Source: Pseudomonadota bacterium (GTDB lineage: Bacteria > Bdellovibrionota > FAC87 > UBA2466). From it: a DNA stretch of 20,070 bases. The DNA is taken from NCBI GenBank assembly GCA_043718025.1, contig JAYSWN010000180.1:1-20070 (forward strand), in the 5' to 3' direction. Position 1 is the first letter of the stretch. The number at the start of each line of letters is the position of its first letter. The notes under the pieces were generated by a model, which saw only the letters and a program-made list of their open reading frames with translations, did no database searches and had not been told where the DNA came from. This document shows positions 16,469 through 20,070 of this stretch, piece after piece. Position numbers and translations under genes: made by a program.

Positions 16469-18226
16469 ATGGCGCGCATGGGTGCAGCTACACGGGTGTT
16501 ACCAAGCTACTTAAAAAAATACGTCACCGAGCAAAGGTACGAGAAGTACACGCCCGAAGACCATGCCGCATGGCGCTACATCATGCGCCAAAACCGGGCC
16601 TTTTTTAGTGAACACGCCGTACCCATTTACGGTGAGGGGCTGCTTAAGACCGGCATCACTTTAGATCGCATTCCAAAAATTGCTGAGATGGACGCCTTGC
16701 TCGCCGAGTTTGGTTGGGGCGCGGTTCCGGTAATTGGTTTTATTCCCCCGTCGGCTTTTCTGGAATTTCAGGCGCGATCGGTATTGCCCATCGCCTGCGA
16801 CATGCGCACCATCGGCCACATCGCTTACACTCCGGCGCCCGACATTGTTCACGAAGCGGCGGGTCATGCGCCGATCGTCGCTGATCCGCAATATGCCGAA
16901 TATCTGCGCCGCTACGCCAAGATGGCGCAAAAAGCGATTCAATCATTAGAAGACATTCGCGTGTACGAAGCGATTCGTTACTTGAGCGACATAAAAGAGA
17001 ACCCCGACGCCAAGCCGCATGAGATTGCCGCCGCCGAGCATCGGCTGAAAGAGCTCAGCCACTCGGTCACCTCGATTTCAGAGGCCGCAAAAGTGGCGCG
17101 CATGGCGTGGTGGACCGTAGAATACGGCTTGGTCGAAACTCCGAAGGGGCCCAAAATTTACGGAGCCGGTCTTTTGTCATCGGTAGGCGAAAGCCAGGCC
17201 TGCCTTTCATCACACGTAAAAAAAATTCCCTTATCGGTAGGGTGCGTAGACACGTCGTACAACATCACCGAGCCTCAGCCGCAACTTTTTGTAGCGCGCA
17301 GCATGGACCATCTCACTCATGTGCTGGGCGAGCTTGAAAAGACTTTAAGTTACGTGGTGGGGGCCGAAAAAGGATTAAAGAACGCAAAAGAGTCTGGCAC
17401 CGTCACTACCACTCAACTCGATTCTGGAATTTCGGCGAGCGGTGTGTTGGTGGAATACCGCCAAGGTGAAAAAGGCGAAGTTATTTTCATTAAATACTCT
17501 GGCCCGGTGCAGTTAAGCCATCATGAAAGTCAGCTGTCCGGTCATGGCCGAAGTCGGCACGGCAGCGGATTTAGTAGCCCGATTGGCCGCTGGAAAAAAT
17601 ATGCCGCAAAAACACCGTCCCAGCTTTCTGATTTTGATCTAAAGAGTATCGGCCTAGTCATCGGGAGTCGCGCGCGCCTGGAACTCGCCAGTGGATTTAT
17701 CATCGAAGGCATCTTTTCCGGCGCCACGCGACAAGCAGACACCTTGGTCCTCCTCACGTGGAAAGACTGCCGCGTCACTTTAGGTTCCGAGGTGCTCTAC
17801 CAACCGGAGTGGGGCGAGTTCGATCAATTGGTGGGAGAATCCATTGCCTCCGTTTTCGGTGGTCCCGCAGATTCATTTGAGTATGGCGACTGGAACATGG
17901 GCGAGGCTAGCAGCACGCCTTCGCGCACCTCTCCGTTTTCTGAAACTGAGCTGTCGCTCCATGAAATCTACCGCACGACCCGTATTTACCGCGATAAGGG
18001 GGTAGACGATCGCCGTCTTGAGGAGCTTTCTCAAACGCTGATGCAACGCTTTCCCAACGAGTGGCTACCGGCTTTAGAGGCCTTGGAGGTTGCCACGCTG
18101 AAAAATTTACAATCTCCGACGTTGGCCCCGCTCACAGCTCATTTAGAAAAAATCGCGCGGGTGGCCGAACCTGGCACCCGTGATTTGATCCTAAAAGGGT
18201 TAGCCTTGGCCGCAACGCGCGATTGA
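16469..18226 (+). CDS. phhA: Aromatic amino acid hydroxylase (phenylalanine 4-monooxygenase), long form with C-terminal extension
   Basis: Biopterin-dependent hydroxylase signature YTPAPDIVHEAAGHAP (two Fe-binding His), WWTVEYGL (Glu ligand) and KIYGAGLLSSVGE. Likely start ATG 16469 (SD-like AGGTG) or 16478. Confidence 0.9.
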   Translation: MARMGAATRVLPSYLKKYVTEQRYEKYTPEDHAAWRYIMRQNRAFFSEHAVPIYGEGLLKTGITLDRIPKIAEMDALLAEFGWGAVPVIGFIPPSAFLEFQARSVLPIACDMRTIGHIAYTPAPDIVHEAAGHAPIVADPQYAEYLRRYAKMAQKAIQSLEDIRVYEAIRYLSDIKENPDAKPHEIAAAEHRLKELSHSVTSISEAAKVARMAWWTVEYGLVETPKGPKIYGAGLLSSVGESQACLSSHVKKIPLSVGCVDTSYNITEPQPQLFVARSMDHLTHVLGELEKTLSYVVGAEKGLKNAKESGTVTTTQLDSGISASGVLVEYRQGEKGEVIFIKYSGPVQLSHHESQLSGHGRSRHGSGFSSPIGRWKKYAAKTPSQLSDFDLKSIGLVIGSRARLELASGFIIEGIFSGATRQADTLVLLTWKDCRVTLGSEVLYQPEWGEFDQLVGESIASVFGGPADSFEYGDWNMGEASSTPSRTSPFSETELSLHEIYRTTRIYRDKGVDDRRLEELSQTLMQRFPNEWLPALEALEVATLKNLQSPTLAPLTAHLEKIARVAEPGTRDLILKGLALAATRD

Positions 18227-18291
18227 GTTTGCCGCTGATTATTCAGGCGCTACGCGCGTTTGGGTTGGCCGCCGATTATTTAGGCGCTACG
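18215..18291. repeat. Degenerate 37-bp tandem duplication spanning the phhA and hmgA stop codons
   Basis: Unit 1 (18215-18251) ACGCGCGATTGAGTTTGCCGCTGATTATTCAGGCGCT versus unit 2 (18252-18288) ACGCGCGTTTGGGTTGGCCGCCGATTATTTAGGCGCT: 32/37 identical, followed by ACG. Confidence 0.9.
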
Positions 18292-19574
18292 AAATTTGCC
18301 TTAAGCCCTTGCCAACATTTGTAGTAGTCCGGCTGGAGTAATTTTGTTTCCATCGCCCAACCCGTGGGACGAAAGGCGCGGTTCGACTCCCACATAAACG
18401 CTAACGTGTCGCCCATGTAGGCCGGTTTTAAATCTGCCTTCGACGCCGCCGCAAACGTATCGGCGTCGGGTCCATGGCCAGACATGCAGTTGTGCAGGCT
18501 GCTGCCGCCCGGAACAAAACCCTCTTGCTTGGCGTCGTACACGCCCTTTACCAAACCCATGAACTCACTCATTACGTTGCGATGGTAGTAAGGAGGCCGA
18601 AACGTGTCGCGCGCCACCATCCAGCGCGGGGGAAAGATCACAAAATCAAGGTTGGCCACGCCGCGCGTATCGGTCGGCGAAGTTAAAACCGTGAAGATTG
18701 AGGGGTCGGGATGATCATAACTCACGGTGTTTATGGTGTTGAATTTGGTAAGATCGTAGCGGTAGGGCGCGTAGTTTCCGTGCCAGGCCACCACATTTAA
18801 AGGTGAGTGATCTGTTTCGGCCACCCACATCGCCCCTTGAAACTTAGTGATGAGTTTACATTTTGCGGAGCGTTGCTCAAAAGCTGCCACCGGAGTTTCA
18901 AAATCACGCGGATGAGCCAAACCATTGGATCCAATCGGTCCAAGTTCTGGCAGCCGATAGGTGGCTCCATAATTTTCACACAGGTAGCCCCGGCAACCGG
19001 ATGCGGGGCCTTCCGCTTGAAACCTCACCCCACGCGGCACTACCGCGCAAAAGCCGGGCGGAACGATTAGGTTTCCTAGTTCTGTCTTTAAGTAGATCTC
19101 ACCAAGTTCAGGAACAAACATCAACTCGCCGTCGGCGTCGTAAAAAAACGTGTCTCCCATCCCCTCGTTGAAGGCATAGAGAAAGAGCGTCGATCCGGCT
19201 CGGTCGGCAGCCGACCCATTCGTAACCAGCGGCACCAGGCCGGCCAGAAAGTTTGTCTTTTCTTTTGGCAACGGCAGCGCATCCCAGCGAAGTTGATTCG
19301 GAGTCACGAGGCCGGGCCTAGCAATCGAATCGACTGCGGCGTGGGCAAGCGGTTGAAAGGGTAAGTGGACCACGGAGGGTTGAATTCGGTAAAGCCACGA
19401 ACGCAAATTTTCTTCACGGGGTGAAGTGAAGGCGCTGCCGTTCAATTGTTCTGCGTACAGGCCATGGGCACAGGTCTGCGGAGAATTCCTACCCACCGGG
19501 AGTGAGCCGGCCACGGCCTCGGTTTGAAAATAATTTTTGAAACCCGCTTGGTACTTGAGTTCTTTTGTCGGCAA
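18276..19574 (-). CDS. hmgA: Homogentisate 1,2-dioxygenase
   Basis: [75 protein letters not shown] and [12 protein letters not shown] motifs. TTG start with SD GGGAGG. Confidence 0.97.
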   Translation of the reverse strand: MPTKELKYQAGFKNYFQTEAVAGSLPVGRNSPQTCAHGLYAEQLNGSAFTSPREENLRSWLYRIQPSVVHLPFQPLAHAAVDSIARPGLVTPNQLRWDALPLPKEKTNFLAGLVPLVTNGSAADRAGSTLFLYAFNEGMGDTFFYDADGELMFVPELGEIYLKTELGNLIVPPGFCAVVPRGVRFQAEGPASGCRGYLCENYGATYRLPELGPIGSNGLAHPRDFETPVAAFEQRSAKCKLITKFQGAMWVAETDHSPLNVVAWHGNYAPYRYDLTKFNTINTVSYDHPDPSIFTVLTSPTDTRGVANLDFVIFPPRWMVARDTFRPPYYHRNVMSEFMGLVKGVYDAKQEGFVPGGSSLHNCMSGHGPDADTFAAASKADLKPAYMGDTLAFMWESNRAFRPTGWAMETKLLQPDYYKCWQGLKANFVAPK

Positions 19575-19696
19575 GAGTCCTCCCTAAAAGGCCATAGTAA
19601 GTGGTTGTAATTGACTTGGAAATAGCCGGGCTTTAAGGCACTATGCACCAAAACTTGATGGCTCAGACCTCTCCATTTTTTAGAGGACTTTAACAG

Positions 19697-20070
19697 ATGA
19701 ACGTAACACCTTATCCTCTCGGGCGGCTGCCGCTCGATATCTCCACGCACGGCGCCGGCATCGACCGCCTTATCGTGTACATCCACATTTTTATGCTCGT
19801 CCTCTTTGTAGGATGGGGAATTTACCTGGTTTACTGCCTGATCAAGTTTCGCGAACGCGATGGCCATTCGGCCCAGCTCGAAGAGCCTCATTTCAAACTG
19901 CCCAAGTACATTGAAGTGGGCGTGGTGATGATTGAGGTGATGCTGTTAGTGTTTTTCTCTTCTCCCGTCTGGGGAAAGTATAAAAATGACTTTCCCGATC
20001 GCAAAGACGCGGTGGTGATTAAGTTAGTGGCCGAGCAGTACGCATGGAACATCCGCTATCCGGGTAAAGA
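19697..20070 (+). CDS. coxB: Cytochrome c oxidase subunit II, N-terminal part (runs off the window; absent from the ORF track)
   Basis: My translation from ATG 19697 (SD GAGGA): MNVTPYPLGRLPLDISTHGAGIDRLIVYIHIFMLVLFVGWGIYLVYCLIKFR...IEVGVVMIEVMLLVFFSSPVW...VIKLVAEQYAWNIRYPGK. This shows two TM helices then the COX2 A.QxxWxxxY motif. The CuA ligands would lie beyond the window. Confidence 0.9.
   Translation, partial: MNVTPYPLGRLPLDISTHGAGIDRLIVYIHIFMLVLFVGWGIYLVYCLIKFRERDGHSAQLEEPHFKLPKYIEVGVVMIEVMLLVFFSSPVWGKYKNDFPDRKDAVVIKLVAEQYAWNIRYPGK

Noticed and set aside
18215..18291. 37-bp repeats as a possible CRISPR array
   Set aside because: Only two units, directly abutting with no spacer, overlapping coding ends, and no cas genes in the window.
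2341..19171. Numerous 60-120 aa ORFs nested in or antisense to the long genes
   Set aside because: They lie within well-supported CDSs, lack motifs and are expected by chance at this GC content.
16469..19574. Pyomelanin or secondary-metabolite cluster around phhA
   Set aside because: hmgA is intact, which consumes homogentisate, and no biosynthetic genes are adjacent. This is ordinary Phe/Tyr catabolism.
19442..19891. 149-aa minus-strand ORF from the track
   Set aside because: It is the antisense shadow of coxB and overlaps the hmgA start in another frame. It has no recognisable motifs.

Overview
A gene-dense bacterial chromosomal window with no rRNA, tRNA, CRISPR array, transposase or integrase that I can recognise. 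It starts inside a GH43 glycoside hydrolase and ends inside a cytochrome c oxidase subunit II gene that the ORF track missed. Between them lie several predicted exported proteins: an M2/M3-type zinc peptidase, a papain-fold cysteine peptidase, an S46 dipeptidyl peptidase, two probable outer-membrane beta-barrels, a lipoprotein, a type IV prepilin-like protein and a secreted hypothetical protein. There is also an esterase, a SAM methyltransferase, a GreA/GreB-family protein, an ABC-F ATPase (Uup-like), cardiolipin synthase, and convergent Phe/Tyr catabolism genes (long-form phenylalanine hydroxylase and hmgA). The gene content suggests a proteolytic, possibly predatory Bdellovibrionota-like diderm, but this is inference. 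I found no clear multi-gene novel system. The best leads are (i) an orphan pilin with a tail-fibre/lectin-like C-terminus, (ii) a secreted protein with a KH...AAG.F...NDSGTFEP enzyme-like motif, (iii) a sigma28-like motif shared upstream of two surface-protein genes, (iv) an RBS-sequestering structured leader, and (v) two small tandem duplications (21 bp in-frame in GH43; 37 bp spanning the phhA and hmgA stop codons).
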